A stretch of DNA of 61,751 nucleotides, the filler included, from Squatina squatina (taxonomy: Eukaryota): the NCBI GenBank assembly GCA_031763465.1. It is 4 parts of 4 records of this genome, joined end to end, with 100 filler letters (N's around TTAATTAATTAA, not from the genome) between each part and the next. Parts side by side here need not be neighbours in the genome. Positions count along the whole stretch, not along the records: positions 1 to 15,080 come from JARFOE010000189.1; 3 more parts are not named here. One strand, written 5' to 3'. Both the position numbers and the translations under genes were made by a program. A model generated the notes under the pieces. That model searched no databases, had not been told where the DNA came from, and saw nothing but the letters and a program-made list of their open reading frames with translations. Of this stretch, positions 1 to 12,821 are shown piece after piece. The stretch's first letter is position 1. Every line of letters begins with the position of its first letter.

Positions 1-90
1 CTCCACAGATGCTGCCTGACCTGCTGAGTATTTACACCATTTTCTGCTTTTAGTTCAGATTCCAGCATCTGCAGTATTTTGCTTTTGTAT
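1..90 (+). mobile_element. 3' tail of Penelope-derived, hammerhead-associated short repeat (ribozyme core would lie just upstream of the window)
   Basis: CTCCACAGATGCTGCCTGACCTGCTGAG...TCCAGCATCTGCAGTATTTTGCTTTTG matches the tails at 27490-27590, 43737-43830, 51758-51825 and 61592-61680. Confidence 0.8.
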
Positions 91-94
91 TTGT

Positions 95-895
95 GCCGAT
101 AGTGACGTTGCCTGCCTGGTGCCAGGGTTACGGATATCTCCTCACAGCTGGAGAATAATTTAGAGTGGGAGGGGGAGGATCTAGTTGTTGCGGTCCATGT
201 AGGAAGCAATTACATAGATAGAACTCGGAATGAGATTCTGCTGAGAGTATTTGAGGATCTAGGGTCAAAATTAAAAAGGAGAACCTCAAAAGTAGTCATT
301 TCTGGACTGTTACCTGAGCTAAGTGCAAATTGGCATAGGGACAAGCAGATCAGAGAGTTAACTGAGTGGCTCCAAGAGTGGTGTGATAGGAAGGGGTTTT
401 GATTTGTGGGGCACTGGCACCAGTATTGAAGAAAGAGGGAGCTGTTCCATTGGGCGGTCTCCACTTAAACTAGGCTGGGACCAGTATCCTGGCGAATCAA
501 ATAACTAGGGCTGTAGATGGGGCTTTAAACTAAAAGTGGGGGGAACTGGGGGAAGAGGTCAGGTGAAGGGAAATTTAGAAATCTAAAGAGAAAAGTCAAG
601 GCACTGGAGCAGTGTAGCGATTTGGGTAAAGATAAACAGGAAGTGACAGAGTTTAAAGGTAATTGTGCATCAGTGAATAAGATGAAAGCAGGGAACAATG
701 GTAAAAGGTTAAAACTAAAGGCTCTTTACCTGAATGCATGAAGCATTTGTAACAAGATAGATGAACTAGAGCACAAATGGAGATAAATGGGTACGACCTA
801 ATCGTCATTACAGAGACATGGTTGCAACGTAACCAGGGTTGGGGACAAAATATTCCAGGGTTCTTGGTGTTTCGTAAAGACGGGCAGACTGAAGC
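95..895 (+). mobile_element. Decayed CR1-clade LINE: ORF1 SGNH/esterase-like end and start of ORF2 AP endonuclease
   Basis: Translates to CLPGARVTDIS...VAVHVGSN...RTSKVVISGLLP, then LKALYLNA*SICNKIDEL and YDLIVITETWLQ; stops and frameshifts present. Confidence 0.85.
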
Positions 896-2234
896 NNNNN
901 NNNNNNNNNNNNNNNNNNNNNNNNNNNNNNNNNNNNNNNNNNNNNNNNNNNNNNNNNNNNNNNNNNNNNNNNNNNNNNNNNNNNNNNNNNNNNNNAAGGG
1001 CAGGAAAGGGGAAGGGGCAGGAAACTAGAAGACACAATTTAAAAAATGGTTTTGCCTCTCTATGCAACTTCAACAGTGATGACAGAATGTGCTCATTTTA
1101 AATATTTAAAATTCAACAAGAAAGGGGATCAAGGTTTTATTGAAAACATTTTTTGACATTCAATGCAGATTAAAAATATGAATCATAGTTTTTTAAAAGC
1201 TGCAGTCATTATTCTTTCAGTGGCTTGCACAATGGGGTAGAATTCTAATTAATCTTGTGATTGCTGGGTGAATTGCATTAAAGCTCCATTAAATACTGAT
1301 GCACAATTATTTTTCAGTTGAATGACTTTTCTTCTCCTCCTCCATCTGCCTCGCAGAGATAACCTCAAAAGCCCACCAGAGGCTTTGGTTTCTCTAATCC
1401 TCGGACTGAGTGCTGTAATCAATCCTTTCATTGCAGTCGGTGCAGAAGGAATAAACGAGCACCACTCCGGTGTGTTGAGACCTCACAGGGGTACATCACC
1501 ATCCCCATTAGGAAGGGGGAGTATTCATGTAGCCAAAAGCATCATCCCAGTACCTATCACTTAAAAGATATGTTTTAAAAAAAAACGCTCATTATTCTGC
1601 TAATTTAGAAAAAAATATAGTTTTATAATGCATTATTTAAATAAACAAAATAATAGCTTTTAAAAGATCATACATATCCACTTAAACAGGTAGGATTCCA
1701 GCACAGAAAGGACACCTAGTTATTGCCAGCTAAATATTATTACAGCACAAACATATGAATTTTGAGCAAGTAAACATTTAATAAAATGTGCATTTCTTGA
1801 ATGCTTAGGGATAGGATCATTAAAATTACATCCCACTCGATGGATTAGATGTTCAGCAGAGAAATAAATCGAGGGGTTGAGAAGGTAAGTTCCCTGTGGT
1901 ATTGTTCGCACTTTGGGATTGGCCAGGTGAAATCCAGTGGTCTCCTCAGATCCTTCGTATTGCTATGGTGCTATGCTCCGAGGTACTTGGAAAGGTTTGC
2001 AACAAGCAATGTAAAGTGGCATTTATCCTCCGTCACTCACCATATGCCCACCCCCATTCTGAAATCAATTTAAATTAAAATAGGATGTAAAATGATTGGC
2101 TTCCAGAAATGGAAACACAAAAGTAATACTTAAACTCTTGGATTTTTTTTGGCAGAAGGAAATTCTACCCTTGTCACCACTTAAATACTGATAATTCCCC
2201 AATCTTCTTTTGTTCTCCCCTCGTCTCCTGCAAG

Positions 2235-2362
2235 TGGGCTCCAAAGGTTAAATTAAGAGGAGAGATTACGCAGATTAAGGTTGCATTCCCCAGAATTTAG
2301 AAGGTTAAGACTGAAGTTTTCAAGATAGTAAGGGGAACAGATAGGATAGAGAGAAACTATTT
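2235..2362 (+). mobile_element. CR1 LINE 3' RT fragment
   Basis: GAGGAGAGATTACGCAGATTAAGGTTGCATTCCCCAGAATTTAGAAGGTTAAG resembles the EERL..LGL.SLEFRRLR motif seen in other CR1 copies here. Confidence 0.65.
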
Positions 2363-4427
2363 NNNNNNNNNNNNNNNNNNNNNNNNNNNNNNNNNNNNNN
2401 NNNNNNNNNNNNNNNNNNNNNNNNNNNNNNNNNNNNNNNNNNNNNNNNNNNNNNNNNNNNNNGGTTTCTTTTTGAAACAGCGCATGTTAAATTAGACATA
2501 GTTGCCATGACTTGTATTGCTTTCTGCACCTGTTTTTAATTTATCAAAAACAGACGCAGATTCACTGCATTGCTAACAACAGAGCTTCTGAAAATAGGCT
2601 ACAAGTGCAAGTGAAAAGTGAGCCAGAAATACACACAAAACTTCCTCTGCGTTGACACAAATCTTTTGAAAAATTATTCCATTTTGGCTTTCCGTGAAGG
2701 TGAAGTATTGGCTTTGTCTTATCACAACTGAAGACATTGGCGTTTAAATGACTTTACTTTCCAATGAGATATATATTTAACATCAGTCCACATGCATTAG
2801 AAATAAATATTATGGCGAGATTTCTTTTTTCATCTGACTTACCTTTATTGTGGAATTATTTTGAACCCATTTGAACTGAGGTAAATTAGATATTTGATTG
2901 CATCAACTATACTATTTCGACTGGGATAATGATTCCGACTTTATTGCCCTCCAAGAGTGCATTCATTTTAAAACAGACCTCATTATATACATCTGGGGTC
3001 ATCCACCAACAAACATTTACAGCCACTCAACAGTATTTTCCATGATTTACTGGATTGCTTGGAGCAATTGTCATGACTAAATTTTGATGAAGGAAAATCA
3101 TAGTGAGGTTGCTCACAGACTGATCCTCTTTTAACCTTTGTCCAGCTTTTTAGATTTAACAATTTTCTTCAGCTTTCTATCATCCTTTAAAGAGTGCCCT
3201 GACTCAATTCTGGGGAACAGTTCCACAGGTGCTGCAAATCTCCTAATACCTCACTGCAGTTCTTCATCAGTGAGTCTAGGCAGTTTATGTTGGATATTCG
3301 ACAACATAGTGCATTGCTTGGTCCTTTCCATATCCAACATGCACATACATAGATTACCAGTAAAGGGGTCCTTTGATAATAGATTAGAAGCAGNNNNNNN
3401 NNNNNNNNNNNNNNNNNNNNNNNNNNNNNNNNNNNNNNNNNNNNNNNNNNNNNNNNNNNNNNNNNNNNNNNNNNNNNNNNNNNNNNNNNNNNNAACCTTT
3501 TCATACCAGCATTCGTAATCCAGCAAGGATAATCCTTCAATTGGATTCAAGGTATCTGTTTTCTCCAGCCTGCTTACCTGTGCTGGATTAGAGAGGCCAA
3601 AAGCACTGATTACCTTGGTCCACACTTCTTAAATGCTAATGAGATTAGGCGCAAACTCCTATCCAGGTTTTCTCAAATCAATTCATTCATTGCTGTAATA
3701 TGGAGTTACCTTAATCACACCAGGATACATTAATCACTCTTAGGGTCAGAAGTGTTGATTGGTGATGTCCAGTGGCCACAGTGGAAGTTTTTAAAATAAA
3801 TAAATGACATGAATACATTTTGATTTTTTTTAATGTGTATGTGTATGTGTTGGTGTTGCATCACTATAAAGTTATGCGAACCTTTAAAGTAGATTAAGTA
3901 GGAAGCTTTGATTTAGTTTTCAACACAATGAAAAGTATTGTGGAAGATAAAAGCGGTTAAGAATTCTAGTTGTCACGTTGAATAATAATTCCAGGAAAAC
4001 TTTTCGAGCTTTTCAGCCTGCCTCATTATTTATGTTTGTCAACCAGCTGCACTCGACTCCTGACCTAGGATGTTGCTGAATTGAGCGCTGAATACATCTG
4101 ATTTATATGACACCCAACTTATATTTCTTAACATATGATTTGTGAGAGGAGAGCATGCTCCTCCTAGCTCCAGAGGAAGTTGTTTTTTTAAAATAAACAG
4201 ATTTGAACTCTGTTCTTGGCGGCTGCTGAAGAATTCTGAGCTGGGCAGGCCCAGCACCAATTTCACCAAGGGGTCCTTCAACAGGCGTTCGGCCACTCGT
4301 TTACATATATGCACCTGTTTAAGGCAGNNNNNNNNNNNNNNNNNNNNNNNNNNNNNNNNNNNNNNNNNNNNNNNNNNNNNNNNNNNNNNNNNNNNNNNNN
4401 NNNNNNNNNNNNNNNNNNNNNNNNNNN

Positions 4428-4752
4428 AACCTCGCTTTAACATACATTAAAACATCATGTGATATGCCTCACATTAAAGGGGGAGGGTACATTGGAAGGT
4501 TTTTGCGACATGTGGGAGAGGACAAAGAGGGATCCAAAGTAACAGGTAGCAGGCTTCTTAGTGAGAGCTCACGGGACGGTCGGAAGTGCAACATCTACGG
4601 GGGCCGAACTTGATCACCTTGGATCTGCAGGAAACCAGGTTGTCTGAGTCTATTTTATAACCGTAATAGTTACTATACTATAGATATCTGAGTAATAAAC
4701 TTGCCTCTGGCCAATACGCTTGAGTCTGAATCACGAGGAGTCGTTACATACA
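4428..4752 (+). mobile_element. Possible 3' part of a solo LTR
   Basis: TATA-like ACATTAAAGGGGGAG, AATAAA near 4694 and a terminal ...TTACATACA; 5' end hidden by a gap. Confidence 0.3.
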
Positions 4753-5769
4753 TGTTATGCTTAATTGCCAGCAGATCATCTACCATGCAGGCAAAAACAG
4801 TGGTTGAAATGCACCTTACTATGTTGCGGAGTGATGATATGTGTTGAATCATGGGGTGTTGTGTTGATTTCAGTGTCAGACTCCAATGAAAACAAAGCCT
4901 AAACTCTGTTTCATTGCGGTGAATGAGCAGTCAATCCCTACAAATCATCGTTCCTACCTCTTTACTCCCATCTGTAAACATGAATAACTTGAATGCTAAT
5001 GTTTAATTTGATGAACAAGAAATAAGGAATAACATGCATGCTTTTGCTTAAAACAAAGCACGTAGCTTTGATCAGTAATCTGTCTAACATACCATGGGTC
5101 ATGTCAGTTTTTGCAAACAGTATACAATAGACCCACTGATCAGCTCCTTTGCTTCAAAATCACATTCTGCACTTCTACCTTCTGATATTATACAAACCAG
5201 TTCTGGTTGCCATAACAGCCATTAAGTGGGTGCAAATCAGTAGACTAACAAATCAACCTGTCTATCAGTACTGCTGCTATAACAATAGTCTATTTAGCTG
5301 AGGTTGTGCTGTAGCTGGTTTTGCAAAGCAAAGATTCATGAATCATATTCAGTAGTTGGCAATTAGATTCGTATCTTTTAAAGTTTATTAAAAAAAATAA
5401 AAGTAGACATGGAACCCATTACATATAATGTGTGAGATGTCATAATGAATTGTAAGGTCAACATGACATTGTTTGTCAATGTCTAAATGGCTGCTTCCAC
5501 TGTAAATATATATCCTGTCTTAGAATAATATCGTGGGCTTCCTGCATTTTAGACACAGTATAGCTAATTTGAGCTGTCTTTGAAAGAAAATTTCCCTGAA
5601 TGTTTAATAACATTTAAAAATAGCTAAATGCAATTTCCTCTTTTGTTCTCTCTTAAATCCTCCTTCTCCTAACACTGTAACTTCTAGTGCAGCTCAGTGC
5701 ATGTGTTCCAGCACCCTTCGACAAACTTGCCCTGTTGGCTATCCTTCAGGTGTGAGCCGAGCTAGTGAA

Positions 5770-5971
5770 AGTCTTGTAGTTAGTTTGACTGTGGAGGGGG
5801 CTAAAAAAGCAAAGCCATCTTGTCCTAATTGATGTCCACACACATGCCATTTTCCAGGATGGGTCACTGGATAGGCATCAGGAGTGAAATGCTGGCAAAA
5901 TTCCCCTAGGAATGCTGAGATCACTGAGGTAGTTGCTATTCACAGCTGAGGTTGGGTAACTCAGCACAGAC
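5770..5971 (-). mobile_element. tRNA-derived SINE fragment (second shark SINE family)
   Basis: CAGCTGAGGTTGGGTAACTCAGCACAGAC and GATGTCCACACACATGCCATTTTCCAG are shared with copies at 16350-16610 and 21210-21600. Confidence 0.55.
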
Positions 5972-6755
5972 NNNNNNNNNNNNNNNNNNNNNNNNNNNNN
6001 NNNNNNNNNNNNNNNNNNNNNNNNNNNNNNNNNNNNNNNNNNNNNNNNNNNNNNNNNNNNNNNNNNNNNNNTAGGCTTGGTTTTAACAAGCGTAAGAAAT
6101 TTCAAGAAAACTTTGCAAAAATATCGCAAAGCTCAGTGCTGGGGATGGGCTTCCCAGCCTCGGCGTTGGATCTGACCAGAAGTTTCGATTGACAGATCGC
6201 AAATGCCGGTTATGCGGGCTTACGATGTACATACAGCCCCATAACCGGCTTTTGCGATGTCACCCCGGGTGCGTGGGAACGTCGTTCCCACCCGGGGAGA
6301 TCGCAATTTCAGGGCCCAGTGCAAGTCTTTTCTTCTCTCGGATGCACCTTCTCTCAGGCGGCCCCCACTGACTGACCTACCTGCCCGCCGGCCGGCCTGT
6401 CACCGCCGAAGCTCCGCGCACAATGGCCCCCTGTTGCCCTTGGTTACCGTCGCTAAGGAGCGCCGCCGCTCCCGGCATGCAGCGCCGAAGCGTCGCCAAG
6501 TGTCGCAAAGCTGGCGCACGGTCGGCGGCAAAAAGCCGTAAAGGGGAGCACCGCCGCGGGTGGGGAGGAGAAGAAGAAGAAATGGAGCTGGGGATCGAGT
6601 AAGCCAAGAAGGGAGAGAGAGAGAAAAAAAATTAGCGAGACAGATCGGAGCATTCATGTAGCGGGGAGAAAAGTAAAAGGTGCAGGCGGATCGTTTTGGC
6701 TTAAATAGAGAGTCCTCCTTCCTATTCCCCTCACCCCAGCACAACAGCGCGTACA

Positions 6756-7107
6756 ATGGACGAGAACATGGAGGAGGACGCCAGCTACCAGCAGCAGCTG
6801 ATGATGGACGATCACAACCACAACAACAACTGGGAGGCCAACGCGGACGCCTATCAGCAGCAGCAGCAGCACCACCACCATCACCACCACCACCATCATC
6901 ACCATCATCACAACCATCACCCCAGCCAGCCAGCTCTGCCCGAGCCGGGGGGGACGCCGCCAACACAGCCCGACCCCAAAGAGCTCCTCCAACGCCGCAT
7001 GTCCGTCAACGGGGGAGAGCGAGGGCCGGCAGCGCACCGGGAGCCCGAGCCCGAGCCCATGGCCAGTAAAGTAACCCTGAACATTAACAGCTCAGCCTCC
7101 AAGTTCT
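6756..7107 (+). CDS. CACUL1: CDK2-associated cullin domain protein 1, coding exon 1
   Basis: MDENMEEDASYQQQLMMDDHNHNNNWEA...VTLNINSSASKF matches mammalian MEESMEEE..YEAMMDDQNHNNWEA...TININTSTSKF; phase-1 donor T|GTAAGT at 7108. Confidence 0.95.
6855..6920 (+). repeat. (CAG)5(CAC/CAT)~14 coding trinucleotide repeat (poly-Gln/poly-His)
   Basis: Directly visible within CACUL1 exon 1. Confidence 0.95.
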
Positions 7108-7447
7108 GTAAGTCACGCAAGAGGGAACCGCCCCATCTCCCAAATTTGAGCGTTACGTGCGTCGACAAGTGATTGTTAAGCGAATAAGGATTTCATAGTT
7201 TTTACTTTTAGATGGGTGTGTAGATTTTAACGCTCTGATTTAATCTGTTGAAGACCTGGAATTTGCTTACTTTACCATGACAAATACCACCTGCATTCTT
7301 CAGTCTGCTCAGNNNNNNNNNNNNNNNNNNNNNNNNNNNNNNNNNNNNNNNNNNNNNNNNNNNNNNNNNNNNNNNNNNNNNNNNNNNNNNNNNNNNNNNN
7401 NNNNNNNNNNNNGTAAATTGTGTTTATATTTTTAAATTTCTGTTTAG

Positions 7448-7574
7448 TGATGAACGAAATAACAACAGAAGACTACCAGCGTACTTATAGGCCGAAGCTG
7501 GACAGTGCCAGTGATCAGCTTTTGACACAGTCTCCTGGAGACTGCATCCCTATTTCTTATGAGCAAATTTACAG
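7448..7574 (+). CDS. CACUL1: CACUL1 coding exon 2 (127 bp)
   Basis: TTTAG| acceptor, AG|GTGAGA donor; [42 protein letters not shown]; phase matches exon 1. Confidence 0.92.
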
Positions 7575-10281
7575 GTGAGAATTGTAGCCATCAATAATAC
7601 CGCTGTTGAAAGAAGTGATCTGAATTTAATGATTTTACTTTGTGAAAACCATGCTTATGATGCCATATTTTACAATGAAACCAGACTTTCAAATGTTTAC
7701 AAATTTGAGTGATTTTGTAAGGTTTGGGAGACCATTAATACCTGGCCATCCCAGAAACTAGAAGCGATTTTTTTTATTTTTAAACTTGTTAATCTGGTTT
7801 CCAAATGACCACAGGAAGATAATTGGTTGCCTTTTATTTGCTCTTGAGATTTAAAACAATTACTTTCCCTCCTCCCCGCCACGCCACCCTCTGTTTTATT
7901 CCTTTGGTTGAATACTGTGGCAGTTATATTGTTCTTCCTGATTCTGGATTGGTTCCCAGGCCAGTCTGAAGTGACACCCACCGCCCCCCAAACCCATTAA
8001 AATAAGTGGTGCTGTATGGCCCTCAGCTAATCTATATTTCCTGTATAAATTGGAACTCCTTTCCACAGTATCCTTGATTCTTTTTTTTTTAAAAAGACAC
8101 CGGTTCAGGGAATAATCTATCAGTCTTTTCTGAGCGAGCCCATTACACTTTGCTCACATGTGACTCACCTAACATGCTCATATTTCATATTCATAAAACA
8201 GTGACAAATCAAACTCCAACTATGAACAGTAACAAAAATCTACCAATTTTAACAAAAGGTGGCAACTGAACTCGACAAATTATTCAAACTGTAAGAATGT
8301 AAAATAAAAGTGGAAAGAATATTTGAATTTGTCTCCATAATGACAGTGACAGTATTTCAAAAACATAATTCATTACACGTCAAGCTCTTTAGAATATCCT
8401 GAGTGATTTGATAAAGTACTATATAAACTGAGGGTACTTTCATTGTTTCTTCACCATATCCCTAACATTGTTTTAACTCCGGTCAGAAATATAAGTTTTG
8501 TGAAGTTATGTCCTACCACCCTAACGTCTAGCCTACAATTTTCCATGTGTATCCTCTACTTTTTTTTTTAAAAAAGATAAAATTGAGTGCATAGTTAAAT
8601 TAAAATAAAGAATAATAACAACCAAATCTGCAGTTTTATAATTTCCATAAAAGTATGGACACAATCTTGTAATTCAAACTCAAAAATACAGGTATCCCCA
8701 CAGTGTTATGTAATAAAAGCAGAATTTGACTTATTGAATCACTATAAATCATTAGTTTGGATATACTTTGTTAAATGACTTAAAATTGTGCATCTTCCGA
8801 CCCACTGTGACCAATCCCATGGAACATCTGAGTTGCTTATTGCATGTGCCTATATCCATCACACTTGTAGTGCCATAGCATTTCACATACAAATTTTATG
8901 GTATTCTTGCAGCTGATTGATTCAGATTTTGCATTCATAAAGCTTGACCTGAACAAGTAGTTTGGCATTCATGAAGTATTAATGAATCACAACTGAACAA
9001 CTTAGCAAGAAGCAGACAGAAATGAAAGCCACTGGTTATGATATTTGGGAAAAACACTTAACAATCAAAATGGGCAGTCAGCAAAATTATCATTTATAAA
9101 ATAAAAATGAACTAGTGAAATAGCTCCATATATTTTTTTGAATATCCCATCGCCCAACATTTTGGCTTTCCACTAAGTTTGATGCCGGAAATAAGTTTTG
9201 TGACATGAAGACACGATTTACAGAAAACTGATTAAATTTAACTATTGAACAAACAGATCTGTGCCTGTGTTGAGAAGCCTGTGCATTGAATGCTTACGTG
9301 TTATTACTGTTGGCTAAAGCTAGTCAAACAGGCTAGAGCTCTTGGTATACACCAGTATGTACAAATTGTAGAATATTTTATGATTTGCCAGCAAGACTGG
9401 TCAGTCGGATTGTGGTAGACTTGTTTTTATATAAGCTGCTGCTTCCCCTTCTCTGTGTTGTCAGACAAACATTATGGGGCTTTCGTAGAAACCAGTGTAA
9501 GTTATGACTGGAATAAACCATACATGTACAGTATTTGAAGTTGGTTGTGCACTTTATGTTCAAAAGAGCAGCTATGCTTTTATTTCTGTTTCAGGACAGC
9601 CACCTCCAACCCCTCTAGTCATTCTCCTTGCCCTTTGGCAGAAATACCACTTTGTTTTTTTTCTTGCTGCCACTTTGCAGGCTTAGGCAGGTGAGGTCCT
9701 TCCCTGCTCCTCCCTACTCCCCTGTTTTTTTTTCTTAGTACACTTGATCAGCAATTGAACAGATTGCTATTTGCCCCATCCCTTGCTGAGGAGAAAACCA
9801 GTATATGGGGAAGACTCGGGCAAGAAGGATTCTGGAAAGGGGTTGGGGTGGTGGTGGGGGTTTGGTGGGGAAGTTATGCTTGTTTCTTCTTTAAGCTGAG
9901 GTGTTATTACTGGGAATAAGGTTTATAATGTTTAAAAACTATAACATTTATTATAAAATCATTAAACTTATCTATCGCTTAGCTATATAATACGCAGTGA
10001 TTAAATTGGAAGCCTGTACTTCTCCAATAAGCCTAGAGCATGAGTTCTTGTCACTGTCCTCTGAATAAAATCAGCAAAGTAGTATGCTACCATTCCCAGC
10101 ATGCCCAGCTCCAAGACTTTATTTTCTGCTTGATAACAAGACAGGCTAATCTCAGACTGTCAGGACTTGTTAAGTCTCGTGNNNNNNNNNNNNNNNNNNN
10201 NNNNNNNNNNNNNNNNNNNNNNNNNNNNNNNNNNNNNNNNNNNNNNNNNNNNNNNNNNNNNNNNNNNNNNNNNNNNNNNNN

Positions 10282-10382
10282 CAAATTTTACATTGAAACC
10301 AAACTTAACAGAGATTTGAAAGATGACCTCATAAAGTTGTTTACAGAACAGGTTGCAGAAAAGCATGTTCCCACCTTAATGC
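10282..10382 (+). CDS. CACUL1: CACUL1 internal exon (5' edge lost in gap)
   Basis: [33 protein letters not shown], donor C|GTAAGT. Confidence 0.95.
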
Positions 10383-11179
10383 GTAAGTAGTGTTGATACT
10401 TTCCGCATCTTGGTTTTTGTGCCAGAGTTGGCTTAATTCCGAAGCTGAAATGAAAACCTTCATTCAGAATTGTACTTTTGGTATGCATTTTAGCAAGTGC
10501 TGCCTTTGGACACGTTGGACATTAACAGTAATTACGGGGTTGCCACTGATTTGAGGTGCCGTCATCAGGGAAAGAAATCACACTCTCTCCTAAGCCCTGA
10601 TCTTTGCTGTCAGCATGTTTACTGGACATTCCTAGGATGTGTCTTGGATAGTTTTTTGACAAAACTAGGGTTTCTTGGACAGCAGTTGCAGTGTACATGA
10701 AAGTTAGATTGTCATTGCCGATGTGTTCTGATTTCAGCTCATATTATCTCCTGTATTTGCCTGCTTCATTTCTTTTTTTCTATTTGAGAAATTAGCAGTG
10801 AATTCCACCTTCTTGGATTATTCTTCTGTTACAAAACTGCAGTTCAGTTAACGTGGCTCATGGCAATAGGTTGCATGATTTTTATTTAGAGCTGGAAATA
10901 TAGCTTCTGTCGTTAGACATGATCTTAAGCTCCACAGCAAATTAAAGTCAAAAAGGAGGACATTTTCCAGGTAAATGAAATATACCCTGATAATTATATG
11001 GTAGTTTATTTTCTCTTCTGATTATACAAGAATAAAATATACAGAGCAGGAGGGACGGAGAATGCAATCAACAATTTACAGATGGATTTAGGTCAGTATT
11101 GCAATTGGGCAGATGTTTATTTTATATTCAGGAGTACTAAACTTTTGCATATTGGGCAAAAGTGAGTGACTTAAGTACT

Positions 11180-11331
11180 CTTCTCTTAGGCAGCCCCTTG
11201 GGTTTGAGGATGACTTGCTTCCACTCCAGAGTTGTGGGTTCTGAGGTGGCCGAAAAGTCCAATGTGGGAACCGCACACAGGGCCGCAGGTGGGGCAGGTG
11301 ATACTTGTCCGCCAGAGAGACTGGAAACGAT
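11180..11331 (-). mobile_element. Probable RTE-type LINE 3' end
   Basis: TCTTAGGCAGCCCCTTGGGTTTGAGGATGACTTGCTTCCACT resembles recalled elasmobranch RTE 3' termini; runs into a gap. Confidence 0.45.
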
Positions 11332-12055
11332 NNNNNNNNNNNNNNNNNNNNNNNNNNNNNNNNNNNNNNNNNNNNNNNNNNNNNNNNNNNNNNNNNNNNN
11401 NNNNNNNNNNNNNNNNNNNNNNNNNNNNNNNAAGCAGAAGGAAATGTATCCAGGAACAGCAAGGAAAATTAAATAAGGTATTGGTATTGCAGAACTTACC
11501 AGCTCAAAATCATAAACTAGTTTATTTGTGTGCACTTTAGCGTAATTTTGTTTAAATGGGTAAAGAATGAAGATGTTTGCCTTCTTGTGAAGAAATTATT
11601 TGACTATTGGTTGGAAGGTGTGCTATCACACTGGAAAGCAGCACCTAATATTGAATTCTTAATCCTGTGAATGAAATTATCCCATTTATACTGCAGGTCA
11701 GTTAACCAATAATGGGGGAAGGGAAAGGATGTTCCAGGTGGAAAATAAGTCTTGCTTATCATCTATTTCTGGTTCAAAAAGCTGATTAATTTTGCTTTTG
11801 AACTTCTGCTTACAGGGGACAGATTGCAAAAGTGTTTACATTTTAGTTATATGCAGTAATCAATTGCAGTTTTTAATCAACTTTATTTGTATCATAGGGA
11901 AAAGTTGTCAAATGCATACAATCATGCGACAAACAAAGTAAAATTTTCATTTTAGTGCATAGTTGTTGCAACAAATTACATCTGCTATACCTGCTTAAAA
12001 TATAGATGTTAGCTGTGATAATAATCTTGTTTGTTCTATGTATATTTTTTTCCAG

Positions 12056-12194
12056 ATTGGGCACAGCTGGCACCAAGTCTCTTTTCTAAATTTATCCCAA
12101 ATATCCTTCCCCCTGCTTTGGAATCCAAGCTCTCAGAGTATGCTGCTCAAGACCAAAAACTCCAGCGAGAATTGATGCAGAATGGCTTTGCCAG
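12056..12194 (+). CDS. CACUL1: CACUL1 internal exon (139 bp)
   Basis: TTTTTTTCCAG| acceptor, AG|GTAAAA donor; [45 protein letters not shown]. Confidence 0.95.
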
Positions 12195-12509
12195 GTAAAA
12201 TTTAGACTCCATGCTTCAAACCTACCATCGTAAATATGGCTGCTTATTTATTTACCTGAAGTTATTAGTTCACCCATCCAGCAAGACCCTCCAGTCACCC
12301 CTTCCTCCAGTCATGGTATCCAACTGCTTTTTAAAAAACTGATTTCCGGGCTTTCACTTGCACTCTGCACGGAATTGTATGTATTGAGCACTTTGTGTGA
12401 TGAAAAACTTGCTGGAATCGGTCCTAAATTTGTGTTTGAACTGTGCCTTTGTTCTATTCTCACAGTTTAGTGCTAGCGATTACTCCTAGGACTCTGCTCT
12501 AAACGTGAG

Positions 12510-12821
12510 CGTCAGATGTAGCTCAGTGGGTAGCACTATTGCCTCTAAGTCAGAAGGTTGTGGGTTCAAGTCCCACTCCAGAGACTGGAGCACAAAAGCC
12601 TAAGCTGACACTCCAGTGCAGGGCTGTGGGAGTGCTGCGTTCTGAGGTGTGCCGTCTTTCGGATGAGACGTTAAACCAAGGCCCGTCTGCTCTCTTAGGT
12701 GGACGTAAAAGACCCCATTGCACTATTTCAAAGAAGATCAGGGTAATTCTCCCCAGTGTCCTGGCCAATATTTATCCCTCAATCAACATCACAAAAACAG
12801 ATTGCCTGCTCATTATCACAT
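12510..12821 (+). mobile_element. DeuSINE (SacSINE1/AmnSINE1-like) with tRNA-derived head
   Basis: A box TAGCTCAGTGG, B box GGTTCAAGTCC, Deu-domain-like GCCGTCTTTCGGATGAGACGTTAAACC...GTCCTGGCCAATATTTATCCCTCAA. Confidence 0.85.

Larger units (their letters stand above)
6130..7170. promoter_or_regulatory. CpG island / promoter and 5' UTR of CACUL1
   Basis: Abrupt rise in GC and CpG density around the CACUL1 start codon, in otherwise AT-rich CpG-poor DNA. Confidence 0.85.

Noticed and set aside
3138-4443. Protein-like ORFs upstream of CACUL1
   Set aside because: Interrupted by gaps and stops, no consistent splice signals or recognisable family
6257-7168. Many overlapping ORFs in the CACUL1 CpG island
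   Set aside because: Stop-codon scarcity in GC-rich and triplet-repeat sequence; only the 6756 frame matches a known protein
12515-12585. tRNA-like sequence
   Set aside because: It is the SINE head, followed directly by the Deu domain; no complete cloverleaf
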